From positions 124,558,001-124,622,000 of the forward strand of contig OZ024740.1 of the NCBI GenBank assembly GCA_964016885.1: DNA of 64,000 nucleotides. Reading direction: 5' to 3'. The notes beneath the pieces are model-generated. The model saw nothing but the letters and a program-made list of their open reading frames with translations. It did no database searches and was not told where the DNA came from. Below are positions 12,983 to 28,223 of the stretch, in pieces. The translations under genes were made by a program, and so were the position numbers. The stretch is from Eledone cirrhosa (Eukaryota). Positions within the stretch are counted from its first letter, which is position 1. Each line of letters opens with the position of its first letter.

Positions 12983-13191
12983 CATTATTGTGTAAGGAAT
13001 ATTAGAGTAATATAATTCTCAGACATTTCTATTAGTATGGTTAAATCAGAACTATCAAGTGAATGGTGTATTTTATCTTTAAGCACTCTTCAAAACCTGG
13101 GTCTCATCCCCTTCAAATTTCGATGTATTTTTATTTTGTTTTAAAAAAGGAAATAGAGTTGTTTTAATAAATAATTGATAGTAACTGTGCA

Positions 13192-13330
13192 GGTGCATAG
13201 CCTAGTAGTTAATGTGTTAGGCTCACATCATAATGTCATGAGTTCAATTGCCAGAATAGGCAGTGAATTGTGTCTTTGAACAAGATACTTTATTTCTTGT
13301 TACTTCAGTCTACGCAGCTGACACAAAGTA
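13192..13330 (+). mobile_element. Old CORE-type SINE (family 2) head
   Basis: Diverged match to 55358-55500. Confidence 0.6.
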
Positions 13331-14646
13331 GTTGTAATTTTAATTCAAGATGCCAGATTTACCACAAACTGTTTCAAGCAGAATCACCTTGAAAATTGCA
13401 TTAAGATTATTTGACTCTGTTGATTGCTCGGACATTTACATGTTATTTTCATGAGTAGGCTTTTCCATATTTCAAATAGCAGGAAACCCATCATCGCAAC
13501 CAACGGATATCCATCAGAACACACATTAATAGCTATAATAATGAGGGTATGCAATGTAAGAAGCATTTTGAAGGAAATACATTTTTTGCTGGACTTTATA
13601 AAACTCGTTTCACAGCTGTGTAATGGGATGGATTTTGGTTGTCCTGCTAAGCCACAATGTTCCTTACTGGATGCATCATAGCATTAATTGGCTACTCCAC
13701 TATTAAGTGGAAATCAGACCTTTGTACTTTTTGAACACAAAGTGAAATATTATTTGCCATGCAGTTGTAGTGCCTACAATGTGACAGTCCAAACTATCAG
13801 TTGCCCAAGTTTATGAACAAATCAGCAAGCAGCCCCTATGCCAGTCCGAAACCTTACTACATATAAGCATGGCTTTCATGATCACACAAGTACATCTGTG
13901 ACTTTTTAAAAATTTTTGTGGAGCCATGTCACAAAACACAGATTTAAATCCACCAAAGGTTTTTTGAAAAACATTTTTAGAAGTGAAATATGGTTTAGCA
14001 ATCCAATGTTGAAACCATGAAACATTCAGGAGCTCAATGATCAAAAGCCTTTTGTTATCATATTTTTAATGAAATACAATTTAGAAAGAATTTAATTAAA
14101 TTGGAACCATTTAAAATGGATGGTTTTGTTTCAGAGTAGCACAATCAGTTTTTGTCAGGTTGGTAGGAAGGGGGTTATTATATTTCATTTATTCCTTATC
14201 AGCCTTTGCTCTAATAATCTGAATTTAAGTTTTTAAACTCACATAAAAAAATAATCTCAAATATTTGTACTCTGTGCTATTACAAATGCAATTCAATATA
14301 TTTTTTGTGTGTTTTCTAAGTGATGCATTCTTTTTCACATGCGCACACTTTAATAATTACCATAATGATTGAGGATTTCCTCCAGTACAACCATGTTATC
14401 CTTGCTATTTATAATAGTTTGCAAAAAAGTTTTTTTTTAAATTATAAATTTGTGCTGTTAATAACATTGTATACTTTTTGTATTAAACATATTCCATGAA
14501 AATTGAAATGGAATTAATATTATAAAACTATTAACCTAAGAAAAGTTACATATATATGTGTCTCTATGTGCACTGGTCTAACTATCTATCTAATCTCTCT
14601 CTCTCTTTGTATATATGCATATATATATATATACATAATAATATAT

Positions 14647-16745
14647 ATAACGAAGGAATTGTGGTAAGGAACCAGATGGACCATAACGCACCAGAGTACT
14701 CAATACTTAGGGTAGTAGACTGGGTAATAGGAAAAAGTATGACCCCGACAGCAGACCTCAAGCCGTTTCAACGGCTATTTCTGGACGGCTATTACTGGTC
14801 CAGAAATAGCCGTCGAAACGGATTGAGCTCTGCCGTCGGGTTTCAATAAGAGATAGATTGATCGTGCGGCCATGATCGATTATCACTGATCTCGTCAGGT
14901 GAAAATGAATAATTGTCTTCAAATCATTGATATGAGGGAAAAAACTTAACGATGTTTACTCACTAGAGTTTTGTCCCCTATATGAAGATTAAGCAGCAGC
15001 CAAAACACGCCGGCTGCTATCGTCCTCAGTTAGGGTCATAAAACTATCAAGTCTCTATCTCTCAATAGCTGTAAAAGATGCTGGACGGGTCTAATCTCAA
15101 CATCAAATCTTTAGAATTACAGTCAGTCACAGTTAGTGTGAGTGAGTACACACACCGACGCGAGGTCGAAGAAAAAAAATATATATACAAACCAACATAG
15201 TTTTCACCGAAAGTTAGTTTACAAAACGACAAATGTTATAGTGGTCAAATCTCCATTTGACGATGTAAATTGGAGAAATTGGATCAACCGCAACCCTATA
15301 CATACGCAAATAAATTCAGTTCAATGTTCTGCTATCCGTGAATCGATTGAATTGTAAATAGTGTATGTTTTGGTATATACACATCCGTATCGTCTAAAAA
15401 AGTGTATGTTTTGTTATATACACATCCATGTGAAGAGCAAGTAGTCTGCTCATATCAAACTCTGTAAGTGCCGTTGTCCCATTGAGAATCTGAGTCCCCA
15501 GATCTGTGCGTGCAAGCAACCGCTATGTAGGCCACCAAGGAGCTCTGTGTAGGGTTGGGTATTTGAGTTAAGGTGTCAGTATGTGCGTTTTCCCATCATA
15601 TGTGCCCTTGGGCTTTTAAGATAGGTGTTTGAGTGGTGGAGGTGTCTTACCCAACACAGAAATAAAATAAAATAAAAATAAAATAAAAAAGAATAGCAAA
15701 GCCCCGAGGATGTGTGTAAGCCCATTAATGGTATGTAAGTATTATTGTCCAATCAGTAACCGTGAGAACTCCATGGTTAGATGATCACGGATCAAAACCT
15801 AGTGTAGTGTTCAATTGATATGATCGTGACCAGTCATAACTGTGGTAACTCCGTGTCTAAAGAAACCGGGTACTGTGTGTAGAGTCAAGTATAAAGAGCG
15901 TAATCGGTATTAAATGAGTGTGTAATACCTCTAACTATTTACTAACCGAGAGAACTCAATGGTTAGGGTATTCTAAAGTAATTGTTTCTACGTTAGGCAC
16001 AAGGCCAGCAAGTGTATTACTGGTACTTTATTTTATCGACCCCGTAAGGATGAAAAGCAAAGTTAACCTCGGCGGGATTTGAACTCAGAATGGGAAGGGC
16101 CGTAACTTCATGCGTCAAAGCATGGCGTCCGACCCTCTACAATACTGCCAATCCACCGAAATAAATGGTGAAAGCCCATAATCGGTCTTAACTGGGTGAG
16201 TAATCATTCTAACTATTTACTAACTAGGTATTCTAAAGTAGTGGTAAATGTGCACTCAGCTGTGAGAACTCTGTGGCAACAAACCGAGTACCGTTTGTAA
16301 GTGCGCAAACGATCTAAGCTGTCTACTATCTGAGTGTGTGATTGTCTGTTTTTTGCTAATTGAGAGAACTCTATGGCAAAGGTAAAAAGGGTGGAGTTAG
16401 TGGTAGGTTACTTTCCAAAAATCCTGCGGAAGGTTTTCGAGTTCTATGTTGGCAGTTGCTGAAAAAATCCGCATAGAGGGGCCACCTCTAATAATATCAA
16501 AGGTTTCAGCTATACATAAATTACAGACGCCCGTGCTGCCGTTATAAGGCTGGGCTGAGGCAATTATGGACCAGGATAAGGAGTGCTCTATATTCTGTTG
16601 TTTAGGCTTCCAGACTAATTCAGAAAGCGCCGTGCTATATTTTTATCTAATCTATTAAAGGTATGGCGGTGATTATATCATCTACCCTTAAATTCAGTGG
16701 CAGTTACCCCAACATACCTTATTGAAACATGTGTCGTGATTAAAA
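14647..16745 (-). mobile_element. 3' portion of a decayed Penelope-like (Naiad-type) element: GIY-YIG C-half, long 3' UTR, terminal pLTR
   Basis: Manual minus translation of ~16425-16740: YVGVTATEFKGR*YNH..TALSELVWK..SWSIIASAQPY..CNLCIAE; aligns to the C-terminus of ORF 25275-26978; terminus 14647-14845 is homologous to 55124-55315. Confidence 0.8.
15980..16160 (-). mobile_element. SINE family 1 nested in the PLE 3' UTR
   Basis: Matches 8778-8968. Confidence 0.9.
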
Positions 16746-16924
16746 TGATTGGAAATTTATACCATGCCTTCGGATCTTTATTTTGATACAAATACTCCGT
16801 TTTACATCATCTAGCTGTTCCCATAAATGGAATAGGAGATATACAAAGCGTGGAGAACTTAATATTGATAATACAATTTTATTGAACCGTATGGCACAAC
16901 CAATAATACATTTTACTATATAAC

Positions 16925-16979
<55 letters not shown>

Positions 16980-17049
16980 ATATATATGTGTGTGTGTACA
17001 CACACATACTCATATATATATGAAGAAATTAAGAATAAAATATGTTAAT

Positions 17050-17090
<41 letters not shown>

Positions 17091-17121
17091 GATATAGATA
17101 CATACATACGTACATACATAC

Positions 17122-17177
<56 letters not shown>

Positions 17178-17673
17178 CATTTCATAACTATACAATGATT
17201 TTGTTACCCTATAAATGTTTAAACAGAAATTCTTGAAATTTTTAAATCTTTCTAAATAACTTGAAAAATCTTGAAACATTTTAATTATATGACACTTTGA
17301 AATTACGAACTGATTTTAGTGCTTAAAGGCAAACACTGTAAAATGTGGAGAAGTAGAAGCTGACTGTGGTCAATGAGTGGGCAGATACTGGAAAGATTTA
17401 GACAAACTATCACATGATTTAAAAGGGAAGGCATACATAATGAAATGACAAAGAAGAAAATGAAGACATAATGGCAAAATGAAATGAGAGGATGTTTTGA
17501 AGGAAGAGAAGGAGGAGAAAGAAGAGAAAGCTAGTGGAAAGGGGTGATGCAAATAAGATTTGGAGGAGGAATTTTGAAATTTTGATGTCATGTCATTTTT
17601 CTTTTGTTTTTCTTTATATGTAATTGTTGATGTAAATGGTGAAATTTAGTAATACAGAAATTAAATGACTATT

Positions 17674-17711
17674 GCTGCAGCAGCAGCAACAGCAGCAGCA
17701 GCAGCAGCAGC

Positions 17712-17766
<55 letters not shown>

Positions 17767-17859
17767 CCAGCAGCAACAACAACAACAACAACAGCAGCAG
17801 CAGCAGCAGCAACAACAACAACAGCAGCAGCAGCAACAACAACAACAACAACAATAACA

Positions 17860-17908
<49 letters not shown>
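17674..17908. repeat. Compound (CAG/CAA/CTA)n microsatellite
   Basis: Direct; produces spurious polyQ/T/L ORFs. Confidence 0.98.
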
Positions 17909-18184
17909 TTAGTATGACGTTGTAATAGTAGTAGTTGTAGGGGTGTTACAATTTCAATAATCTTAACTATGGAATGAAATCAAACCACAGTAAAAATGTT
18001 TAACAATGAAGTAATTTTATTTCTCAAAATAGAAACAAGAACATTTATAATGCATGGAATTTCCACAGATCCTGCTAGTTTATAATAATAGCAACGATAT
18101 TGTTAGACATTTAGTACGTATGAATGCATAACTCTTGGTGGAGTTGAAGGGGCACTGTTTTGTCATACAGAGTTTCATAGGCAT

Positions 18185-18455
18185 TTTTAAAACCTAGATG
18201 TGCCCATCCCACTCCAGATCTGAACAGAGCCTATTTCTTTCAGAGAAGGACAGCTAGTGAGAGAATGGAAGGGAGAAAGATATATAGAGGAAGAAATGAC
18301 CCCAGTACTTGGCTGGTACATTTTTTATCGACCTTGAATGAATGAAAGGCAAAGTTGACCTTGGTGGGATTTGAATTCAGTTTGTGGAAAGCTAGAACAA
18401 AATACCATAAAGCTTTCTATCCGATGATTTTCTAACGAATCTGTCAATTCATAGC
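18185..18455 (-). mobile_element. Old SINE-1 subfamily with agatctgaacagagcc tail
   Basis: Related copies at ~1310-1450, ~21630-21840 and ~35150-35420. Confidence 0.6.
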
Positions 18456-19178
18456 CTACGTAGAAATATAGTAGTCATTGCTAATTAATACCATCTACTA
18501 TCTTAAAAGATAGAAAAATTGTATACAGTTGAGTGAGGCACAGTTTTCTTAAAAAACATAAAATACAACATGAGGGCCAGGCTTAGGTAGCCTAGAATAC
18601 TAAGAGATGATTTGGAAAGTATTTGATCCCGTAATGATTTGGGTGGAGCCTATTTCTCTATCATTTTGTCCATCAGAAAAGAAGTAGAATTTTTCAGAGG
18701 TATCGAAAACTACAAAGAAATGACTCAATCATACACCACTGGATGTGTAATGTTAGAGTGTATAAATTACAAGGCACTGGCGATAAAATTTGTTATAAGA
18801 GAAAACATGTATAGTGTGTAAGAGAGGAGATTATTCAAGTTCTGACAAGCAGCGTGTATGAATGATGAGCATTAAGTGATGAAATGCCCGGTGCTCCAAA
18901 TATAAAGAAAATGTAGTAGAGATAAGCTAAACAAGACTTAGTCAGAATTGGTGAGAATTGATCTCATGAAGCTGAAACTCCCATAGCAGATAACAAAAGA
19001 AAGAGACAAGTAGAGGTATACTTATATATACTGGATGTTACCCAGTATATATATACTGGAGAAGATTCATCCAATTCACACAAGCATGGAAAAGCAGATA
19101 TAAAAATGATAATGAGGATAATGATAATGGTGGTGGCGGTGGTCATGGGTGGTAGGTGGTGTGTAATGGTGGAAGTAG

Positions 19179-19223
<45 letters not shown>

Positions 19224-19318
19224 GCATGGATAAATTGATAATTGGTTAAACATTGGAAATTTTCAGGCAATCTTTGATGATAATGAAGTAGATTTCCATG
19301 TCCCTATATTTATGGACA

Positions 19319-19359
<41 letters not shown>

Positions 19360-20636
19360 ATCACTTATTAGATATATTCTCATGCTGGAACATATTAAGT
19401 AATACATATTAAAATTCCTCTACTGTGTTCTTAGATACAATTATATACTCAAACTGTGATTACAATAGTATTATGCAATTATCTTCCATCTTTCTTCTTC
19501 AATCTGATTTCTGTTTAAATTGTTTCATCATGGAAATTTCATAAGATTGATTTCTTGGGTACTGTTACCAAAGCAAAGCTAACTAGCAGAAAATCTAATA
19601 AAAATATGTACACAGTTTCAGTAAGTTTACATTGTTATAACCACTCACTACTCCAATCATCTTCTCACACCATCATCATCATTGCAATATTCACTCTCAC
19701 AATTAACACTATCATCACATGCCCAAACTGTTTTGCCAGATTGTAGTCATTGTTATCACTATGGAAGTACAAGGTTTAGTTGTTTAGGTGATTGGCTCAT
19801 AATTGTAAGGTCATGAGTTTCAGTATGTCCTTGAGCATAACACTTTATTTAATGTACCTGTAATTCATAGGGCTAGCCTTGTCACTCTCTAAACCATACT
19901 GAATCTTCTCAAGAGATATGTAACAGGTTCACGCATCTGTAGAATGTTAAGCGCTGTGCATGTTAATTCAAATAGCAGGCTATTCCATTCATCAAACAAT
20001 GGGAAACCATGCTGTTTTAATGGACTGATGTCCAACACACATAAACTCAAACACACACATCACTAAATAAATAGATTGAAAAAACTTACTCCATTGTCCC
20101 TACTAACCATTACTCTTCCCTAATGACAAACATGTTTCATTTCCTTGAAATTAAACTTTACTACATACAGCAAGACATCATAGTTGACGATGCATCAAGT
20201 TGCTTATTCATCCAATTCTGATAAGTTAGCTAGTTTGCTTCAGTAAGCATTCCAATGAAAGCTTTCATCATGTAAGATGTCTTCTTTGGACATTCAGCAA
20301 TCTGTCACTATCTCTCTTTGTCACTCTCTCTCTTCTCTCATTTGTTTGATTATTTGTCGCATTTACTTTTTCTTCTCAGTGTTTCCTATCACTTCCAAAA
20401 TATTCCTTGTTGAAAATATTTCAACATTCTTCAATGTGCACATTTTCATTCTTTGTCTTTTTTATTTCTGTTATCTTGCCGAACTATGAATTGCTTGTTA
20501 CCTCCTTCATCATTTCAAAATATGTATTTTGTTACTCAGTGACAGCACTGACAGATTTCAGCCTTAGCTGTTGTTGAATTTCATGAAGAAAATGACTTTC
20601 ATTAGCTTTTTCTGCTACTAAATCCATTACTTAACA

Positions 20637-20652
20637 CCTCCTCCTCCTCCTC

Positions 20653-20722
<70 letters not shown>

Positions 20723-20730
20723 CACCACCA
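20637..20730. repeat. (CCT)/(TAC)/(CAC)n microsatellite
   Basis: Direct. Confidence 0.97.
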
Positions 20731-20959
20731 GTTTACTACTACAAGTATTACTTATGCCACTACTAACACCATGGCCCCTATGACTACTATAGTTATCTCG
20801 AAAAGATATCCACTGATTCAAAAATGAAATATTAGAACAATTTGCAGTTATGAATCTTAAGTTAAGAAATCAAATCAAAATACTAGAAACCCTTCAATCT
20901 CCACATTAAACTATGAAATATATCCCTACACAACACTACATTTCATATTATACTTACAT

Positions 20960-21220
20960 ATTACACTGCAGATCCTGAATACTATAGATTTTTCATGCAA
21001 TCAGACCTGGATACAATGCAGCAATGGATCACATATTGGCAACTCAAGCTGGCTGTGGATAAGTGTACCACCATGCATTCTGGGAGTAAAAACCCAGCGT
21101 CCACATACTCCCCCCACAAATACTAATCTTCTTGTGAATGTAATTTGGGCATTTCTGTCAGCAGTAATTTCTGTTGGACAAAGCACATCTCTAAAATTGT
21201 CAAGACATCCAAGGGTGTAA
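20960..21220 (+). mobile_element. CR1/L2-type RT fragment
   Basis: QSDLDTMQQWITYWQLKLAVDKCTTMH..LGISVSSNFCWTKHISKIV. Confidence 0.7.
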
Positions 21221-22436
21221 CTGCTTGGTTATAACTAGCATTATACATAACAACTCCACCACCACTATTGCCAAAGCCACCCTTGTATTAAAGTTAAATT
21301 CCTGGATCACACATTTTGCTGAGGAATCTGCTTCTTTTGACAAGACAAAACAACAGTTTTTGAAGAGGAGAGAATAGCTGAATGGATTGATACTAGAACA
21401 TAATTGGTACTTAAGCATATCAAAGTGATCATTAATTTAAATATTAATTAACAATTAATTTAATGGATTTCCACAATGAAACTTTATGTTCTTAGATATA
21501 ATGGTTAAGTGAGCTGTAGTTGGCTTAATTGATAAAGTACCACGCAACCAATGAAGAGGTCATGGTTTATATCATATTATCCATGCTGTACTAAATCTAT
21601 GGTCAACATCATTTGCTACATTCACCTAACATTGGATAAGGTACTGATTTTGCAAATTTTGAATTCTTTGCAGAATTCTTTCTGGATCTCGGCTCATCTT
21701 TGCCTTTTATTCTTTTGAGGCTGATAGGGAAAATACCAGATTGATTCTTCTTCTGTTTTTCTCATTTTCTCTCGGTTTTTCTTTTGAAAAATTGGCTCTG
21801 TTCAGATCTGGAATAGGATTACCTCTAATAATTTAAAAGCCCAAGACAAAGTATCAAGAATTTATGGCCCATATCCATATCCAAAATAAAAGATAAACAA
21901 ATTATTATATAAATGTATTAAACTCAAATGTACAATAACATCAACAATTGCATTATCATGGATCTACCCAATTGACAAAAAGAGGCTTGAATGAAACAGA
22001 AATACAGAGTGAATATTATTTACCAAAAGGACTACATTTAATATGTTGTTAGAGTTTATCACAACCAGAACATCAGTGGACTCAAGTAGAAAAATAACTC
22101 TAAATGAAATAACATTTTAAATTTTGAATTTCTAATAAAATATTGAAGTTTTACTAAAATTAAATTCTTAAAAGTTTTTTAAAAAGTTTCAACTCTCAAT
22201 TGAACTTTCGATTATCGTGGAAACTACATTCTTTTAGTTATATAGAAAATTATTTCTTTCATCGACATAGGGATTTGATCTGAGCAAACTACTAGCTAAA
22301 TTATTCTTTGGTTAAAATAATGAAGTTTCATACACCTTTAAATATTTTATAATCAGTGTAAACATATTATCAGCAAAATAATACCACAATGACAAAATAT
22401 CATTTCTTATTCACATGCATACTCATAATTTAAAAA

Positions 22437-22625
22437 ATAATTGTTTCTATTTGTAGCACAAGGCCAGCAATTACTCAGTACATTACTGGTACTTCAGTTT
22501 ATCGATTCCCCGTAGGGATGAAAGGCAAAGTTAACCTCGGCGGGATTTGAACACAGATCATAAAGGGACATAACTCTATGGTTCAAAGCATGGTGTCCAA
22601 CTCTCTACCGATACTGCCAATCCAA
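22437..22625 (-). mobile_element. SINE family 1
   Basis: Matches the other family-1 copies. Confidence 0.9.
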
Positions 22626-22834
22626 AATAATGTTAACTAGTGTTGTTGACAACGATATATTTCCATGTATGATAAAGCTAATGTTGGAGAAAAACAATAA
22701 CCTACGAATTTACTCACTAAATAAAAAAAAGCATAAAAAGAGAGAACAAAAATAAAAGAACTGAGGTAAATTTGCTTAAAAATATAAAGTACTAAAATAA
22801 AAATACAACAACATTTTAAAACCATAACCAAATA

Positions 22835-23148
22835 CCGGTCGGTCTCCGACAGGTTTGCGATCGTTCCCCTGGCAGTGGAAACTTCTGGTGTCCTCGGCCC
22901 CAGGGCTACCTCCTTACTCACCACCATAGGCGCTGAGCTGGCCAGCCGCAGGTGTGAGCCCTGTGAGTTGGAGTGGCTTTTCCAGCGCGTCTCCCTTGCC
23001 GTTCTCCGGGGAAACACCTTCTCCATTCTGTCCGCCGGGGCTGTGGGTGGGCCCCATCGCGTACCAATACATTAGTTAAATACTATTCTTTCATCTGATA
23101 TAACACAATAAAGTGTTTACATATTCAAATTAGAAAAAAAAAAAAAAT
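22835..23148 (+). mobile_element. CRE-clade non-LTR element 3' end
   Basis: PLAVETSGVLGP..LFQRVSLAVLRGN (RLE C-terminus typical of CRE); GC-rich; AATAAA and A-tail. Confidence 0.75.
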
Positions 23149-23231
23149 CTTTAGAGTATTTACTATGTAACACTTTCTTTGGATATTACAATGTGGGATT
23201 TATTTGAAAGTATCATAGCTATGTAGTAATA

Positions 23232-23373
23232 TTTGTTTCTACTTTAGGCACAAGGCCAGCAAATACCCAGTTCATTACTGGTACTTTATTTTATCGACCC
23301 CGTAAGGATGAAAGGCAAAGTCAACCTCGGCGGGATTTGAACTCAGATCGTAAAGGGACGTAACTATGCTGGA
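23232..23373 (-). mobile_element. 5'-truncated SINE family 1 with 13-bp TSD
   Basis: TSD atgtagtaatatt at 23221 and 23375. Confidence 0.9.
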
Positions 23374-23757
23374 AATGTAGTAATATTCTTATAAAATGTT
23401 GGATTAGCAATTTTCATTTGTCCCATGAAGGTAATGCTGTTAAAAATCTTTTCATTGAATGACAAATATTCCATAATTAAATTTTTCTTGTATATATCAG
23501 TCCATTGCCTCACCTTGGATTCTTTTTTCCACTGCATTATTTGTGTTCTTTGGGGTATAGTTTGTAAAACACTTTGAAAAACGAAGGCACATGAGATTTA
23601 AAAGCTATCAATCTTCCCCTATTTCCTTATATCATGTGTAATATGTGTCACACACACATGGGCACACACACACTCACACGTAGATACATACACACACGCA
23701 AATATATATATATATATATTATATATATATATATATTATATATATAAATTATATATG

Positions 23758-23797
<40 letters not shown>

Positions 23798-23800
<3 letters not shown>

Positions 23801-24503
23801 GAAAGCTATAGAAATTGTTTTAGCAAGAAGCCAACAGCATTCCATAACATATATGCGACTATGTCGTCAAGATGGGAAAAATAGTTAACGTAAGATGTAG
23901 GAAAAATAATTCAAACTCATCTCAAAAGAGAATCAGGATATAAATTCATCCACAGAATTTAGTGAAATCCAGGGAGAAATCAATAGACCCTTAACTCATG
24001 ATAAAATAAAGTTTAAAATACTCAGCCTTCAATTTGGAAAAACATCAAATGCTCTGTATAGTCTTAAAGACTATTTCATGAAAACTTTCAGTGGAGATGG
24101 TCACGGTTGGAATTCACCATCAGCAGAGCTCAACAGATAACCAGGGCTCTCACAGAATTATAAGCCAAAAAGGGAATACTAAAACTGGCTAGTTCACCAT
24201 CATGCGTGATTATGAAAAACGCACATGAGGAAAAACAGGGCTAGTGACGTCAGGATGAAAGTGAATGTTTGTTTACAAGAAATAACAGTCAAATACATTC
24301 CGAAAAAAACTCTACAACAGGAGTTCAGCAAACAGCAATATTATCGCAGTTTTTATTAAAAAAACCAGTATTAGTCACAGACAATTTAAGCACTGAAGGA
24401 AAAAGATCCGAGTATAAATATAAATGAAAGGTATAGAAATTGTTTTAGCAAGAAGCCAACAGATTCCATAACATTTATGCGACTATGTCGTCAAGATGGG
24501 AAA
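23798..24503 (-). mobile_element. pLTR/retrozyme-like unit (~625-bp monomer with ~82-bp terminal direct repeat)
   Basis: 23798-23879 is repeated at 24422-24503; contains a HHR on the minus strand. Confidence 0.75.
24051..24129 (-). ncRNA. Type I hammerhead (core CTGATGG or lacking A9)
   Basis: gctctg CTGATG gtgaa..ttcat GAAA tagtct-tta-agacta TA cagagc. Confidence 0.7.
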
Positions 24504-24528
24504 TATACATTAACTTGCTCCTTAACGG

Positions 24529-26978
24529 TTGGGCGCTTACTCTCATATTGGATACCTTTTGATGGTCCTTCACCTCTTCTTCTACAACATGGATTATTAC
24601 AACATAACCAATTCAACTAAAGACATTCCTATACCTGGTAAATCTGAATTTACCAAACTTCTTATTGAAAAAACTGACTCCTTCGTAAGAAGACTTAGAT
24701 GGACAGCCTATTTCTATGACCAGCGCCTAAAAGGGAACTTCCATACCAAAGAACATAACTTCCTTGATCATCTTTTTAATTCTAGACGAAATCCTCCTTC
24801 CAACAAAAATCTAGTACAATTCGAGGAAGAATTAACTAAAATAATAAAAAATCTTAAATTCAAGAGATACCCTTACAAAGGACAAGAGCACGTTGTAAAT
24901 CTCAAGAACACAATCTCTAACCTAAATTCCTCAAAAAATGTTTTAGTCCACTCTGACAAAACCAATAACTTATATGGTATTTCCAAGGATAATTATAACA
25001 ACCTTATCCTAAAGGAACTTAGGAAAAAGTATCGTAAAACCAACCATGAAAATTTAGAATACATAAACCTTGAAGCCTCTGAGATTATGTCAAAACTTGG
25101 CATTGAAAAAAAGACCGAACCATTCCTCCCAAGAACTCCGAGGATAAATCTCAAGGATCACAAAAACAATTTTCGCACTGAACTACCTGTTAGATTAATT
25201 GCCCCCTCTAAACCTGATCTGGGGGTTGTTAGTAAAGCCATCTTGGATAGAATTATCCCACAGGTTAGTTCTAATTGCTCTTCTTTGAACCTAAATTTAT
25301 GGTTTGGTACTTCTGGTTCAACAAATTGGATAATAAAAACAAACTAAAATTTATTCAATTTGATATTGCCAGCTACTATTCCTCCATTTCGCCTTCACTT
25401 CACAATAATGCTCTATCTTTCGCACTTAAATATTCTGACATCACCACAGATGAACTTCACATCATCCTCACCGCATGTAAAACCATCCTAGAGTTCAACA
25501 ACGAATATTGGACCAGAGCCGATACCTCTAACAACTTCGACATCACAATGGGAGCATCCGATTCATCCCAATTGACTGATTTAATTGGTATCTTCATTTT
25601 GAACTCTTTGAGTCGGAAAATTCCTCAACTTCGCGGTGGAATTTATCGTGACGATGGACTCTTTACTATCCTAAATTGCAATATAGTTAACCTTAATATT
25701 ATTAAGAACAATATACGTAATCTCTTTAACCAACATAACCTAAAAATTGAATTTGATAATAGTATCAAACTAGCTAATTTCTTGGATGTATCTCTTAATC
25801 TTGACACTGGCCTATATTACCCTTACCATAAAAACAATGAGAACCTAAATTATGTTAACTTTAAATCTAACCATCCTACCAATATCAAGAATGCTATAGT
25901 TAGTAATATTGGAAAAAGAATATCTAACATATCCTCTAATAAAAACATCTTTGATGCTAACGCCAATTACTATAATAACGCACTTTCTAAAGCCGGCTAT
26001 CCAGATAAAATCAAATATAGTAAAGAAACAAATTCTAGAAAAACTTACAGTAGAATAATTAATCATGATCAATCCAATAATTTTAATAAAAGACCTAGAT
26101 ACAAAAACATAATCTGGTATAATGCTCCTTTCTCCATCTCTATTAATAACAATATTCCTAAATTATTTTTTAGTGCCTTAAATAAATGCTTCCCTCCCTC
26201 ACATATCTATAGTAAAATATTTAACAAACACACCATCAAATTTTCTTATTCCACATCCTCCAATATTTCCAACATCATCTCTAAACACAACAATAAAATA
26301 CTAAATACTAAATCTCTTCCTTCCAACATTGAATTTCATAATAACAGTAATAGTACTCCCGACGTCATTGTAAACCCTAGGCTAACTTCTGTAAACCCAA
26401 ATACAACGTCAAACACAACTTCGCTAAATGTTCATAATCCAACTCTAAATCAAGAAACTATTATTCCTATTATTCCTATCGCAAACAACTTCTCCAATCC
26501 AATTCCTTCTATAGATAACACTAGGTCACTCATTAATAATCTCTCTAATTGCAACTGCCGCATTAAAAGTAAATGTCCTCTCAACAACCATTGTCTCGAT
26601 AAAAACTTAATTTATGAATGTAAAATTATAACTAGCACCAATTCCTTCACCTATTTTGGCTCCACTTCCACCTCTTTTAAAGCTCGTCTCTATAATCATC
26701 ATTCATCTTTCAAATACAAACTTAAAAGAACCAACACTGCTCTCTCAGAACTCATATGGTCCTTAAAAGACAAAAACATTAAATATACCATCTTTTGGAA
26801 GAAGGTTTCTTCTGCATCCTCATACTTGAACAGCTCTCTATCTAAAATCTGTAATCTCTGCCTAAATGAAAAATTTACCATTATCTCTAACCTAGATTCT
26901 ATAATAAATAGACGTACAGATTTGTTTTCTATCTGCCTGCATAAATTCCATAGAACTTTTCACAAAGTATACAGTTAA
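24529..26978 (+). pseudogene. Penelope-like element ORF (RT + GIY-YIG), Naiad-type, one frameshift at ~25310
   Basis: DKT motif, FIQFDI, ITMGA, IYRDDG (RT); CNCx5Cx5C linker; IYECKI..YFGSTSTSFKARLYNH (GIY-YIG); CNLC and CLH. Confidence 0.9.

Positions 26979-28223
<1,245 letters not shown>

Noticed and set aside
14885-15040. Minus-strand CTGACGA and CTGAGGA followed by hairpins
   Set aside because: GAAA and stem III are missing after the hairpins
16676-16684. In-frame TGA in the PLE endonuclease as selenocysteine
   Set aside because: Falls at a hydrophobic position (R-x-YNH; L in the other element), not a Cys position, in a frameshifted copy; likely TGG>TGA decay
17665-17925. PolyQ/polyT/polyL ORFs
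   Set aside because: Pure microsatellite open in several frames, with no flanking coding context or splice evidence
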